Notes: generated by a model from the sequence alone, not told the origin. Shown: positions 26,308-36,683, numbered from the stretch's first letter. The stretch: DNA of 64,000 nt from an uncultured Candidatus Saccharibacteria bacterium (GCA_964520545.1 CAZFOD010000004.1:4844-68843), one strand, 5' to 3'. A program made the numbers and translations.

Positions 26308-27945
26308 CTACGCATTAGTACCCACTCTCCCCTTCACCTTGTCCAAAGCTTCAGAGGTACTGCCAACCACAAAATCATTATCTTTGAGCTTTGTGAACCA
26401 TTTCTTTTTTGCGAAAAGTGGAAGGATCTGTGGAGAAATACCTGAGAGATATACCTCCTTTCCTCTGCCTTCAAGTTCAGTAACAATCTCATCAACGGCC
26501 TCGAGACCATCGATATCTACATAGAAGAGATTCTTAAAGTTTAGGATTATGAAATGATCCCCATTGATGCGGTGTACAAATTCCTTGTGACCTTCTGCGT
26601 TCATGTAGTTTAACTCTCCAACGAATCGATATATGAGCGTATTACCTCCTGTTTTCTGTACATCGAAATCTGCTGCAGAATATCTTTCCATTTCCCCATG
26701 CGCATCACCGATAACAACTTCACCTTGAGCCTGAGACAGGTAGTTTACAAAGAAAAGAAGTGAAATTGCTGATCCAGCAAGGATACCAATGAGCGGATCA
26801 TACACAACACACAGCACTGCAACGAGAATTGAAAGACCACATGCTGTTTTGTCGAACTTGTAGAGGTTAATAAAATGCTCTGCAGCTACCATTCGGAATG
26901 CGAGGAATATCAAGATTGAAGCAACGATTGGCATTGGTAGATATGAAAAGCCAGGGAGGAATACAAGTGATATGACAGCAACGGCGATGGCGTTAATGAT
27001 TGCAGAATAGTTTGAAGTTGCACCGCTTCTGATGTTCAAAGCAGTTCTCGCAAAAACACCAGTTGAAGGAAGTCCTCCGAAGAATCCAGAGACAATGTTT
27101 GCAAGGCCAATACCAAGCACTTCCCTACGCTGCTTGAACTTTGTCTTTGTCATACCATCGGCAACCTTTGCACTAAGGAGCGTCTCCAAGACAATAATAA
27201 CGGCAACCAATGGTGCCGCCTTAATAATCGTCAAATTGAAAGCAGAAGCAGTAAAATCTGGTACAGAGAAGAGATGCAGAGACACGGCTCCAAACTTTGT
27301 CTGCACAGTCTGAAAAGCCAATGGAAGCCAATCTCTTGTAGTTGCGTAGCCCACGCAAATACCACCAACGGCTACCGCAATGATACCTGGAAACTTTGGT
27401 GCAAACTTCATGAATGCAAAGAGTGCTGCAAGTCCAAAAATGAAAAGTCCGAATGCGTCCCAGTTTGTCTTACTTAAGTTTGAAAGTGACTCGAGCACGT
27501 TTTTCATAAACGTCTCGTGTGAAGCGAGGCCTGTGAGACCAAAAGCGGCGTTGAGCTGACCAAAGCCGATAGTGATTGCAACTGCAAGTGTAAATCCGTG
27601 AATTACACTCGAAGGGATGAAAACAACATATCGATCAAGACGGAAAAACCATGCAATGAGGATGATAACTCCAGAGATGATAGCTATGACTGGTAATACC
27701 GCAGCACCGTACATAAGTGCATAGCTTGCGAGGATTCCCGAAAGTGCTCCTGCTGGTCCAACAATATTAAAAAGGCTTCCTCCAATCAACGCAGAGACAA
27801 TACCAGCCCAAATAGCTGTCACGATTCCAGCAGAAGGTGTAGCTCCAGAAGCAATGGCGAGTGCCAAAGACATTGGAATGTTAACAAGTGCAACAGTAAG
27901 ACCGGCTTTCCAGTTCATCTTAACTTCAGAGAGTATGTTTTTCAT
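26308..27945 (-). CDS. SulP-family anion transporter with C-terminal STAS domain
   Basis: About 11 TM segments with SulP-like conserved segments and a STAS domain. Confidence 0.85.
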   Translation of the reverse strand: MKNILSEVKMNWKAGLTVALVNIPMSLALAIASGATPSAGIVTAIWAGIVSALIGGSLFNIVGPAGALSGILASYALMYGAAVLPVIAIISGVIILIAWFFRLDRYVVFIPSSVIHGFTLAVAITIGFGQLNAAFGLTGLASHETFMKNVLESLSNLSKTNWDAFGLFIFGLAALFAFMKFAPKFPGIIAVAVGGICVGYATTRDWLPLAFQTVQTKFGAVSLHLFSVPDFTASAFNLTIIKAAPLVAVIIVLETLLSAKVADGMTKTKFKQRREVLGIGLANIVSGFFGGLPSTGVFARTALNIRSGATSNYSAIINAIAVAVISLVFLPGFSYLPMPIVASILIFLAFRMVAAEHFINLYKFDKTACGLSILVAVLCVVYDPLIGILAGSAISLLFFVNYLSQAQGEVVIGDAHGEMERYSAADFDVQKTGGNTLIYRFVGELNYMNAEGHKEFVHRINGDHFIILNFKNLFYVDIDGLEAVDEIVTELEGRGKEVYLSGISPQILPLFAKKKWFTKLKDNDFVVGSTSEALDKVKGRVGTNA

Positions 27946-28057
27946 ATATTTTAGAGGTAATGTTGATAGTACAACGCTAATTATGAATAATCAACATGAG
28001 ATATACCCTATAAACAAAGCGCCGCCCGGGGAAATTCCCGGACGGCGATTTTTCACT

Positions 28058-28447
28058 TCAAGTTGGTTCCAAGGAGCTGGCATGAGCATCAGGCATCTGG
28101 AGACTGAGTCGATGGGCACCTGAATCGGTCAGCTTGTACTCCACGACCTCAACGGACATGATGTCCTCTTTGTCGTCTGGGTACCTGTAATGCCTGGTGT
28201 GGTTACGACTCGACGCATACCCTTTCCGGTCGAGCCATTCCAGCATTTTCTTCACCTCCCCCCTGGTAAGCCATCCTCCGCAGTGTTCCTGGAGTTCCCG
28301 TTTTAACTCCTCCGCGGTCTGCCACTTTCGTGTTTGAAGTTTGCAGAGGTAGTCGACCTCTTTGGCCGACGCACGCTTGCAGTACCAGAGACCTGATACA
28401 AGGAGTACGGTCAAACTAACGGCCACATAGGCCACATGAATATTCAT
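28058..28447 (-). CDS. membrane-anchored protein with winged-helix-like segment (hypothetical)
   Basis: N-terminal TM VAYVAVSLTVLLVSGLWY; TAEELKRELQEHCGGWLTRGEVKKMLEWLDRKGY resembles a MarR/PadR-type recognition helix. A bidirectional hairpin lies at about 28022-28052. Confidence 0.4.
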   Translation of the reverse strand: MNIHVAYVAVSLTVLLVSGLWYCKRASAKEVDYLCKLQTRKWQTAEELKRELQEHCGGWLTRGEVKKMLEWLDRKGYASSRNHTRHYRYPDDKEDIMSVEVVEYKLTDSGAHRLSLQMPDAHASSLEPT

Positions 28448-28630
28448 ATTTTGGATCTTCTTGGTAAGGTTTTGATATCTGTAGCCACAGATGTTTTCCG
28501 ACGTACAAAATACGTTAATAATGAGGTTTCGTCAACTTCTCTATAGTAATTTACTGAGCTCAATTACGGCCATGGCTCTTGCTTCTTATGCAACTTTGTG
28601 CTGGAATACACCAAGTTCTTTTATATATGT

Positions 28631-28680
28631 TCGTCGCATTGTCTAGGGTGTCCTCTTTGATTCCTTAAACAATGCGACGA
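28631..28680. promoter_or_regulatory. 12-bp perfect inverted repeat (tcgtcgcattgt ... acaatgcgacga) in a divergent promoter region
   Basis: Arms at 28631-28642 and 28669-28680 separated by 26 nt; lies 50 bp upstream of ATG 28729. Confidence 0.35.
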
Positions 28681-28728
28681 CAAATACTGTTGCAGAAACA
28701 AACAACCCCTTGAAAGGAAATTACGATC

Positions 28729-29220
28729 ATGAAAGAAACCCTCACCTCTATGGGCTGGATCAGCAAGTCACTGATCTTAGCAATTGTCTTCGCAGCTTTT
28801 CCGCTCCTCATCACCAACATGGCACAACGAGGTGTAAAGCCAGAAGTGACGATTGCGTGGTGGACTGTAGGTGTGCCGATCGGCATATTTATTCTCTCGA
28901 TGTGTGGTGGAGGCGGTCTAATAACAAACGATTACCACGACTTCTTCATCAACACCAAAGCAATTCTCACCGTCTTCCTTCTGGGAGCTACAGTAGGAGT
29001 TATCCTTAACACCTTCTACGGACAAGCCGTACGAGACGCGCCGAACCCAGCGCTCGCAATCGCTGTAATCAATTCATCGATGGTGTTCGCGTTCCTTCTC
29101 GCTCCCCTGTTCCACAAGATTATGCCTCGATCTTTTCCAGCCGTTACTATGGACTGGACGGGAATTACTGGCACCATCCTTGTCCTGATGGGAGTTGTGA
29201 TGATTTCAAAGTCACGGTAA
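28729..29220 (+). CDS. small multi-pass membrane protein (DMT/EamA-like half, hypothetical)
   Basis: 163 aa with 4-5 TM helices and a terminator hairpin at about 29238-29270. Confidence 0.45.
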   Translation: MKETLTSMGWISKSLILAIVFAAFPLLITNMAQRGVKPEVTIAWWTVGVPIGIFILSMCGGGGLITNDYHDFFINTKAILTVFLLGATVGVILNTFYGQAVRDAPNPALAIAVINSSMVFAFLLAPLFHKIMPRSFPAVTMDWTGITGTILVLMGVVMISKSR

Positions 29221-29318
29221 GCGCTTCACCTGCAACAGTTAGCCCCGCCCAGAAATGGTGTCGGGGCTTTCTTGTTTTTATGATAGTAGTTTATATCGCA
29301 AACCCTTTCCTCGATAAG

Positions 29319-29588
29319 CTACTTTCTTGTATTCTCTTCTATCTTTTCCAAAAGACTAATTCGCTTATTAATTTTAAAATACCAGCATATAAATTCACGT
29401 CCGAACAGAAAGACAGCCAGCAAGAATAGAAATCCAAAAACCCAACTTAATGTGTGGCCGTTTGTAATATTATGGAAAGTTTTAAATCCACTCTTATAAT
29501 CGTAGGAAATAAAAATTAAAACAATTGCTAATAAGATTGAGAACACTATGGAAGACAGATTTGCTTTTTCTGGAGTATCTTTATTCAT
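29319..29588 (-). CDS. small membrane protein (hypothetical)
   Basis: 89 aa with two TM segments; AT-rich. Confidence 0.35.
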   Translation of the reverse strand: MNKDTPEKANLSSIVFSILLAIVLIFISYDYKSGFKTFHNITNGHTLSWVFGFLFLLAVFLFGREFICWYFKINKRISLLEKIEENTRK

Positions 29589-29713
29589 ATTATTAAATTA
29601 TATCAGGGGGTTTAATTTGTCGAAAATCTTTTGTGACCCCATAGGGTGGCTTTCAGAACTGGTTGGAAGCCAAACAGAAATTAAATCTGCCATCGGCTTC
29701 TTATCTTTGCAAA

Positions 29714-30133
29714 TTAAATTAATGACCTAAACTGGGCAATCCTGTAAGGGGTTGTTCCTATAACTGTTAGTACTGCAAGCACGACAGTTTTTAGATTCAG
29801 TATTTCAAACCAATACAATATACCCAATGTAATAACAATGATAAAAACTGCTTGGATGTTTGATTTAATCTTCTTTTCAACTTCTTCTTTACGCAATTGA
29901 GGATCTTCTATAAATTGAAAAGGATACTTAATGATTTCAGTTGTTAGTATATTTTTTGAACCAGAAAAATAAAACATTGTAATACCTAGTGCGAGCAGTC
30001 CTCCAATAAAAATAGGAACTACAACTGATGTTGACTCGATAGAGACCAGTCCTTGTTTGTGTAAGGGAAACAGTATAAATGGAACAAAAATAGTAAAAAA
30101 CCAAAGATATACCCAATTTCTATAATTTCGCAC
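29714..30133 (-). CDS. membrane protein (hypothetical); possibly the 3' part of a frameshifted gene
   Basis: Four TM helices. Its first 115 nt overlap the 3' end of 30019..30405 in another frame, and an A6-7 run lies at about 30085-30100. Confidence 0.35.
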   Translation of the reverse strand: MRNYRNWVYLWFFTIFVPFILFPLHKQGLVSIESTSVVVPIFIGGLLALGITMFYFSGSKNILTTEIIKYPFQFIEDPQLRKEEVEKKIKSNIQAVFIIVITLGILYWFEILNLKTVVLAVLTVIGTTPYRIAQFRSLI

Positions 30134-30405
30134 TTCCTTTTAAAATTTTCATCATACATAACTTGCGTAGTTGTCGTGCTGTTTTTAGGCCAAAGTCTAT
30201 TTGAAATAAATATCGATGCGACATTCCAAATAATAAATATAAATAAGGAAATCCATTTCGTAAGCGACTCATCAAGGCTAATATAATTTCTGACGAATAG
30301 ACCCAGAAAAGCACTTCCAACAATGCTTAAGATTGCACTTATCAAAATAAATGATATCCGGTAGGGTCGTTTGGAGTTGGTATAATTAATATTTCTATCT
30401 AGCAT
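30019..30405 (-). CDS. membrane protein (hypothetical); possibly the 5' part of a frameshifted gene
   Basis: Three TM helices; overlaps the downstream ORF in a different frame. Confidence 0.35.
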   Translation of the reverse strand: MLDRNINYTNSKRPYRISFILISAILSIVGSAFLGLFVRNYISLDESLTKWISLFIFIIWNVASIFISNRLWPKNSTTTTQVMYDENFKRKCEIIEIGYIFGFLLFLFHLYCFPYTNKDWSLSSQHQL

Positions 30406-30458
30406 TCGTAAATAATATCACACCTGAGATTGCTCACAGTATTCACAACGTTCACAGG

Positions 30459-30530
30459 TGACCCTACGGGGAGTCGAACCCCGATTACAGCCTTGAGAAG
30501 GCCGTGTCCTAACCATTAGACGATAGGGCC
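30459..30530 (-). tRNA. tRNA-Glu (anticodon CUC)
   Basis: The reverse complement folds as a cloverleaf: acceptor GGCCCTA/TAGGGTC, D-arm GTCT-AATGGTTA-GGAC, anticodon stem CGGCC/GGCTG with loop TTCTCAA, T-arm CGGGG-TTCGACT-CCCCG, discriminator A. Confidence 0.85.
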
Positions 30531-30846
30531 ATTTACGTTTCAAAAACGAAATGTGTTACTAATATTGCATATTTTTAGCTAAAAACAAAGCCGACGCCCA
30601 CATCTTTACGAGTGAGCGCCGGGGTTCTTGGTAAGCGAAGGGTTACCACGGACTTCTTGCTTGATACCGTCTGTTTGACCTCTTTTCCCTTCTGCGTTCC
30701 TGGGCCTTCTTTTTTGCCGCCCAGTTTTTGTTTTGCTTTTGCCTTCCTGGATCATGCGATTGTGGCATAGATACCTTTCTAAAGACCGCATGCTGTGCGA
30801 CCTAGACATTAGGATACAGAGGTATAGATATTAGTCAAAAAGAATC

Positions 30847-32550
30847 TTAACGATCGGGAGGAATTTGATAGTAGTTGATGAGATATTTGCTCATATCTAT
30901 GAACGGCTGCGCAAGGGTTTCAGAGGCATATTGAACGCCTTTTGGATGCACTGTGTACATGAACACTAGGAACTTAGGATCGTTTGCTGGAAGGAAGCCT
31001 ACAAAGGAATGGAGCCATCTGTCGTTGTAGTATCCACCATCAGGTGCCGCAATTTGTGCTGTCCCTGTCTTTGCGGCAATGGCATATCGAGGATTCTTAG
31101 CCTTTCCATCAAGAAGTGAATTGTCTACGTTGTACACCATCATGTTAGTAACAGCTCTTGCTGTGTCTTCCTTAATGACCTGCTTCCCCTTCTCAGGTTT
31201 TGTCTCCTTGGAATATCCAACGCGGTAATCAATCTTCTTTACAAGATATGGCTTTACCAAATATCCACCATTGGCGATGACAGACAATGCTCGTGCAGTT
31301 TCAATCGGAGTCATGGCAATACCTTGTCCGAAAGACGCAGTGGCAATTTCAATGTCACGGTGTGTATCAAGGTTACTTACAATACCTGAAGCTTCATTAG
31401 GAAGATCAATACCAGTTCTCTCCCCTAGTCCAAAGCTTTTAAAATATTCAGCCATCTTGTCATTCCCAACTAGCTTAGCGATATGTGCAAAACCAGTGTT
31501 CAAAGATTTAGACATCGCATACTGAAGCGTGATGACACCACGACCCTTACCATCAAAGTTTGAAATTGTTTTGTTGTTTAGAGTAACTGACCCTGTATCG
31601 TTGTACGTACTTGTAGCACTTACCTTACCCAAATCAATACCTGAGGCCATGGTTAAAGGTTTAATGATTGAACCCATTTCATGAACACTCTCTACAAGAT
31701 CGTTACGAAATATTGCAGCATCTTTTTCTTGGCTTAAATCGTTTGGATTAAATGTTGGAGTAAGTGCCATGGCATATATTTCTCCGGTATTTGGGTTCAT
31801 GATGATACCTCCCGCGCTTTCAGAAGAATATTTCTGCTTGATGCCTTCCAATGTTTCCTGAAGGTATGATTGCGTGTCAGGCTCTATTGTCGTAACAATA
31901 TCCCCTTCAAGTTTCTCCCCTTCTATGACTGTCTTTTTTATATTCGAAAATATCTCTGCAAAAAAGTTCACATATACACTGTCAGTATCACGTTTTAAAG
32001 TATCTTCGTAATATCTTTCAAGGCCATAGCGACCTGCATACTCGTCACCCTTAAAGCCGAGAAACCCTAATGTTTGAGACGAGAGCTCATCTCCTGGGTA
32101 ATATCTCCACTTCTCACGGAAAAGTGACACACCCTTTAGTTTCAGTGCATCAATTTTCTCTCCAACTGGTTCTTCTACCTTTTTCCGTATTTCCTCGTAG
32201 CTATCATTCTGCTTCCCAGCTCGCATGTAGAAGTCAGCAGCATCAAGCTCAAGGTATTCTGAGAGCTTGGCATATATTTCTTCAGCATTCTTGTTCTGCT
32301 GAATGATCTTTGGGTTTATGGTAAGTGTAAATCCAGACTTCAAGGTTGCAGCGGAAATGAGGGTACCGTTTCTGTCTTGGAAGAATATATTTCCACGGTT
32401 GAATACTGAGTTACTAGGACGCTGATATTGTCTGTCTGCTCGTTCTGCAAAGTCATCAGCATGAATGATCTGTAATGAATACAGCTTGATGAAGAACATA
32501 AGTGCAAGGAGCAGTATGAAGCCAGAGATTATTCTAAGTCGCGTTCGCAT
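30847..32550 (-). CDS. ftsI: class B penicillin-binding protein (FtsI-type transpeptidase)
   Basis: N-terminal TM, dimerisation domain, SIIKP (SxxK) and KTGTAQ (KTG) motifs; sits in the mraZ-rsmH-ftsL cluster. Confidence 0.8.
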   Translation of the reverse strand: MRTRLRIISGFILLLALMFFIKLYSLQIIHADDFAERADRQYQRPSNSVFNRGNIFFQDRNGTLISAATLKSGFTLTINPKIIQQNKNAEEIYAKLSEYLELDAADFYMRAGKQNDSYEEIRKKVEEPVGEKIDALKLKGVSLFREKWRYYPGDELSSQTLGFLGFKGDEYAGRYGLERYYEDTLKRDTDSVYVNFFAEIFSNIKKTVIEGEKLEGDIVTTIEPDTQSYLQETLEGIKQKYSSESAGGIIMNPNTGEIYAMALTPTFNPNDLSQEKDAAIFRNDLVESVHEMGSIIKPLTMASGIDLGKVSATSTYNDTGSVTLNNKTISNFDGKGRGVITLQYAMSKSLNTGFAHIAKLVGNDKMAEYFKSFGLGERTGIDLPNEASGIVSNLDTHRDIEIATASFGQGIAMTPIETARALSVIANGGYLVKPYLVKKIDYRVGYSKETKPEKGKQVIKEDTARAVTNMMVYNVDNSLLDGKAKNPRYAIAAKTGTAQIAAPDGGYYNDRWLHSFVGFLPANDPKFLVFMYTVHPKGVQYASETLAQPFIDMSKYLINYYQIPPDR

Positions 32551-32618
32551 AATATTTATTCAGTTTAGCATAACAAAAAGGAGATTCTCCTAAAAGAATC
32601 TCCTTTTTATTCCCTCCC

Positions 32619-32942
32619 TTATCTAAACGCTACATTCTTCGGGCCAGTCTCTCTTGTTACAAAGAGTGTCTGCTTATCAGCAGGCTTGAATCCCATAGAT
32701 TCAGCAAGAGCAAATGTTACCTTTGCCTTTGTATTTATATATTCAAATTCAGTGGAGCTGAGGTCTGAGTTGAGTGCAACAATCTGAGACTCTGCAGCCT
32801 GACGACTAACAACATTCCAAACAGTCTTGTTCACAAGGTACACATAGAAAGAGGCAAATATGAAAATGGCAGAAGCTAAGACCCAGAAGATGATCTGTGA
32901 TGTTCTTTCTATTGCCTGTATTGCGATTGCTGTTTGTTTCAT
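32619..32942 (-). CDS. cell division protein FtsL-like
   Basis: Small single-TM protein between rsmH and ftsI (conserved dcw position). Confidence 0.55.
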   Translation of the reverse strand: MKQTAIAIQAIERTSQIIFWVLASAIFIFASFYVYLVNKTVWNVVSRQAAESQIVALNSDLSSTEFEYINTKAKVTFALAESMGFKPADKQTLFVTRETGPKNVAFR

Positions 32943-32963
32943 ATTTGTTGTACTGTTTGGTTG

Positions 32964-33938
32964 TTAATATTTTTCGATGATTCGTAACTTTGCGCTTCTT
33001 GAACGTGGATTCTGGAGAGTTTCTGCTTCGGATGGAGTGATTGGTTTTTTTGTAAGGGTCTTTGCTTTCGGGTTCGCATCGTTCTCGGGTTCGACGAGTG
33101 ATTTAAAATATCTTTTGACGATGCGGTCTTCGAGGCTGTGATATGAGATGACAACGAGGCGACCACCTGGAGCTAGAAGATCGAATGCCTGAGGCAATGC
33201 TTCTTCAAGTGCAGTGAGCTCATCATTAACAGCGATTCGGAGTGCTTGGAAAGTCTGCGTTGCGGGATGTATCTTTCCAAATCGCTTGTAGATGGGCACA
33301 GCTGCCTTAATGATTGCTGCTAGCTCGAATGTAGTCTTGATGGGTCGCTCTGGCACACCGTCGCCATTTCGAGCACCTCGAGCATTCTCAATTGCTTCAG
33401 CAATCTTCCAAGAGAATCTGTCTTCGCCATATCCTCGGATGATTGTCTCAATGTGCTCCTTTGGCCATGTGTTGACGATGTCATATGCAGTAAAGGTGTG
33501 ATCCTTTCCTGAACCAAACGTCATCGACAACGGCTCATTCTTTCTGAAGGTGAATCCTCTTCCTGATTGATCAAGCTCGTATGAGCTAAGACCGAGATCA
33601 AAAAGAATTCCCTGCACATTGGCGATACCAGCTTCGTCGCACGCTTCCTTAATGAACTTAAAGTTCTTTCGGAAGATTATGAGCTGGTTCTTACCAAACG
33701 ATCCTGAGGTAGCTGCGGCTGAGCTAAAGATATTAGTTGTTGCTCGATCTACTGCATCTGCATCAAGATCGAATCCAACAACTTTTACCCTGCCATCTAA
33801 TCGTTCGATGATAGCTTGCGAATGACCTCCGTCACCTAAGTTGCAATCTATGACCGTCGGATATGCCGAGTTTCCCAAAGGACGCTCGAGAGCTAAACCG
33901 TCTATCACTTCTTTTAAAAGAACTGGGGTATGTCGCAT
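32964..33938 (-). CDS. rsmH: 16S rRNA (cytosine1402-N4)-methyltransferase
   Basis: MRHTPVLLKEVIDGL...VIDCNLGDGGHS is typical of MraW/RsmH. Confidence 0.9.
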   Translation of the reverse strand: MRHTPVLLKEVIDGLALERPLGNSAYPTVIDCNLGDGGHSQAIIERLDGRVKVVGFDLDADAVDRATTNIFSSAAATSGSFGKNQLIIFRKNFKFIKEACDEAGIANVQGILFDLGLSSYELDQSGRGFTFRKNEPLSMTFGSGKDHTFTAYDIVNTWPKEHIETIIRGYGEDRFSWKIAEAIENARGARNGDGVPERPIKTTFELAAIIKAAVPIYKRFGKIHPATQTFQALRIAVNDELTALEEALPQAFDLLAPGGRLVVISYHSLEDRIVKRYFKSLVEPENDANPKAKTLTKKPITPSEAETLQNPRSRSAKLRIIEKY

Positions 33939-33947
33939 CGTATTTGC

Positions 33948-34382
33948 TTAGATCACTCCGATCTCACCAAGCTTTTCAGCCAACTGATCTGCTTGCTTGA
34001 GAACCTTCGCCTTATACGACTTCCATCGACTTTCATCCCATACCTCGACTCGACTATGGACTCCAGCAAATACTGTCTTGCTTCCCATGTTTGCAAACTC
34101 CCGGAGAAATTCTGGAATCAATATGCGACCGATGGCATCTACATCGAGCTCGACTGCACCAGCAAGCATGATGCGATTGAATCCTCGCGTATCAGCCTGA
34201 CCGATGGACAAGTTGCCAAGTTTCTCAGATATCTTCTCCCATTCTTTTAGTGGGTAGAGAAACAGACAATTGTCGAGCCCATGCGTCACGACAACCTTTT
34301 TTCCTAATTCCTTTCGGAATTTTGATGGAAGCGATATTCGCTTCTTTTCGTCGAGGGTGTGTGTATATTCGCCGATCAGCAT
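33948..34382 (-). CDS. mraZ: transcriptional regulator MraZ
   Basis: Two MraZ repeats (DEKKRISLP..., DAIGRILIP...). Confidence 0.9.
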   Translation of the reverse strand: MLIGEYTHTLDEKKRISLPSKFRKELGKKVVVTHGLDNCLFLYPLKEWEKISEKLGNLSIGQADTRGFNRIMLAGAVELDVDAIGRILIPEFLREFANMGSKTVFAGVHSRVEVWDESRWKSYKAKVLKQADQLAEKLGEIGVI

Positions 34383-34599
34383 GTTGATTCCTTTATTACT
34401 CCCTTACAAAACCTACTTTACCACTTCATCCCACTTACATACTATTCTATACCACTCCTCTACCCTGTCAAAGCATAGTTATCCACTTTTCTGCACTCCT
34501 AAAAAGGAAAATATATGGCTTATTTCCTCATTATTCTGGCGATGTAGGTAAATACAAAAAGCGATGTCTCTTAAACATCGCCTTTTATATTATTTTTTA

Positions 34600-36192
34600 C
34601 TACGCAACGACTTCTTTAAGTCGCTTGATTAGGAAATCTCTGTCCATAACACTAAGGAACCATCCAGCTTTAGGACCGCTTGTCTTACCTAGAATTGAAA
34701 CATAGATTGCTTCAAAGAAATCTTTTGGTGCAATACCAGTTTTTTCTTTTATATCATGAAGTGCTGTGTGCAATTCTTGACCATCAAGTGTTGTTACACT
34801 TTCTACGTATGTAAGTACTTCCGCTAGAGATTTTTTCTGTATTTCAGAAAGATTCTTTGCCATTTCTGGTACCTCTTTCTTAATTTCAAACTTGTAATCC
34901 TCCGGAGCCCATGTATCAATCCATATCTTTGCATACCGCTTTCTTTTTTCCAGTTCTACTTTGTCTACATCCGTCAAAGTTTTCTCTACGATTTTCTCAA
35001 CTTCTTTTTCAATGTCTAAGTGAGGCATTTGTGCAAGATATGCAATCTGTGAGAACCGAGGCATTGCTCGATGAGGAATATGGGTTCGTTCGCTTGGTGA
35101 GTGTATGAGTTTGAACAGTCTAGTCTGATCAGTCTCTTCACCTGCGAAGAAGCTCATAGCATGCTTGTCGTATGTGTCGAAGAGTATTGGCACAGTGTCA
35201 CCATCTGGGATGAATTCAATAACTCGATTTGGTTCCTTCTGTAGAAGAAGGAGTCTTAATATTTCAGGAGGAAGAAGGTCTGCAATTTCTCGAGAGGCAG
35301 AACCTGCGCCTTTCGATGATGACATTTTCTTTCCAGCAACCTGGAAGAATTCGTAAGGAATATTAAATGGAGGCTCATGCTCAAAGATCTCACGAGAGAT
35401 GGTCTCCGCAACTTCTCGTGATCCTCCTTTTGTTGAATGGTCCTTTCCACCTCCTTCTACATCCACTCCAACAATCTTAAACTTAGCTGCCCATTCCAAT
35501 TTCCATGGAAGCTTTGCCTTACCATCAAATGGAGAAACGGAACCTTTATGTCCGCAGCCATTTGTCCATGTAAGGTCACGACATTCATACGTAACCTTCT
35601 CACCGTCAAAAGAGGTGGCCAAGGTAGTGCTAACCTTTCCACAACTTTCGCAGATGACATTGATTGGTAGCCAATTACCCTCTTTCACTGAACCCGAGAT
35701 TCGCTTATATATCTCCCGAACCTTGTCTGCATGTAGAAGCGAGAGCTTTATCGCCTCGTTATATTTACCAGATCGATACAAGTCAGATGACCTGTAATAT
35801 TCAGGTGTGAATCCAAGTTCTTTAATTACTCCTGCAAATTCCTGTGCATAGAATTCAGCAAAGTTCTTTGCGGTTTCGCCATTGGGGCCCGTTGGTGATG
35901 GAACATCGCAAAGCGGCTTCCCTAAATATTGTTTAAACACTGCCTCGTCGAGATATACAGGCAATCCATCCATTGGATCAAAATCATTTATTTCAAAAAG
36001 ATACTTGTTTGGAATACCACGTTCGGTAAGGACTTCTGAAATGAGTCCGTGAATTGCTACACCTCGAAGAGAACCGACGTGTACTCGGCCTGATGCAGTT
36101 TTTTCATCACGAATAATAATAGGGGTGCCTTTTGCAACCTTATCTTTATAACGCTCAACTATTTCGTCTGTGATGCGATCTGCCCAGTACAT
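34600..36192 (-). CDS. lysS: lysyl-tRNA synthetase, class I (archaeal-type)
   Basis: HVGSLRG (HIGH-type motif), the class-I LysRS signature KMSSSKG and a Zn-binding Cys cluster (CESCGK...C...C); length about 530 aa. A terminator hairpin lies at about 34556-34585. Confidence 0.75.
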   Translation of the reverse strand: MYWADRITDEIVERYKDKVAKGTPIIIRDEKTASGRVHVGSLRGVAIHGLISEVLTERGIPNKYLFEINDFDPMDGLPVYLDEAVFKQYLGKPLCDVPSPTGPNGETAKNFAEFYAQEFAGVIKELGFTPEYYRSSDLYRSGKYNEAIKLSLLHADKVREIYKRISGSVKEGNWLPINVICESCGKVSTTLATSFDGEKVTYECRDLTWTNGCGHKGSVSPFDGKAKLPWKLEWAAKFKIVGVDVEGGGKDHSTKGGSREVAETISREIFEHEPPFNIPYEFFQVAGKKMSSSKGAGSASREIADLLPPEILRLLLLQKEPNRVIEFIPDGDTVPILFDTYDKHAMSFFAGEETDQTRLFKLIHSPSERTHIPHRAMPRFSQIAYLAQMPHLDIEKEVEKIVEKTLTDVDKVELEKRKRYAKIWIDTWAPEDYKFEIKKEVPEMAKNLSEIQKKSLAEVLTYVESVTTLDGQELHTALHDIKEKTGIAPKDFFEAIYVSILGKTSGPKAGWFLSVMDRDFLIKRLKEVVA

Positions 36193-36218
36193 ATATGAAA
36201 CTAGTATACCCTAACTCT

Positions 36219-36683
36219 TTACACGATTTCGACGATTGTATATTTCACAACTCCAGCAGGAGCACTGAATGAGAACTCTTCACCTTTTTTCTTTCCCATC
36301 ATAGCCTGACCTAAAGGAGATTTGAAAGAGATTTTTCCTGCAGCAAAGTCTGCTTCTTCTGATCCTACGAGTGTATATATTTTTTCAGTCTTGTCTCCTG
36401 CCTTCTTGATACGAACTTTTGAACCAACTTCAACAGTATTACTGTGATGAACACTTACAATCTCAGCAGATGCCAAGACAGATTCAAGTGTTGCAATACG
36501 ATCTTCAAGCGCAGCCTGAGCCTCGCGAGCTTCGTGATATTCAGCGTTCTCAGAAAGGTCTCCGAGAGATTTTGCGAACTCTAATTCGTCCGCAATTTCT
36601 TTGCGCTTATTTGTCTTCAATCCTTCAAGCTCTTCTGTAAGCTGCTTGAACTTTTCCTTTGAAAGGTATTCTTTATTTGGCAT
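36219..36683 (-). CDS. greA: transcription elongation factor GreA
   Basis: Coiled-coil N-domain with GDLSENAEY and an FKBP-like C-domain. Confidence 0.9.
   Translation of the reverse strand: MPNKEYLSKEKFKQLTEELEGLKTNKRKEIADELEFAKSLGDLSENAEYHEAREAQAALEDRIATLESVLASAEIVSVHHSNTVEVGSKVRIKKAGDKTEKIYTLVGSEEADFAAGKISFKSPLGQAMMGKKKGEEFSFSAPAGVVKYTIVEIV

Noticed and set aside
30606-30809. 67-aa highly basic minus-strand ORF between ftsI and tRNA-Glu
   Set aside because: Ribosomal-protein-like composition but no match to any ribosomal protein family I can recall, and no RBS or terminator logic. More likely a non-coding spacer carrying the ftsI 3' UTR.
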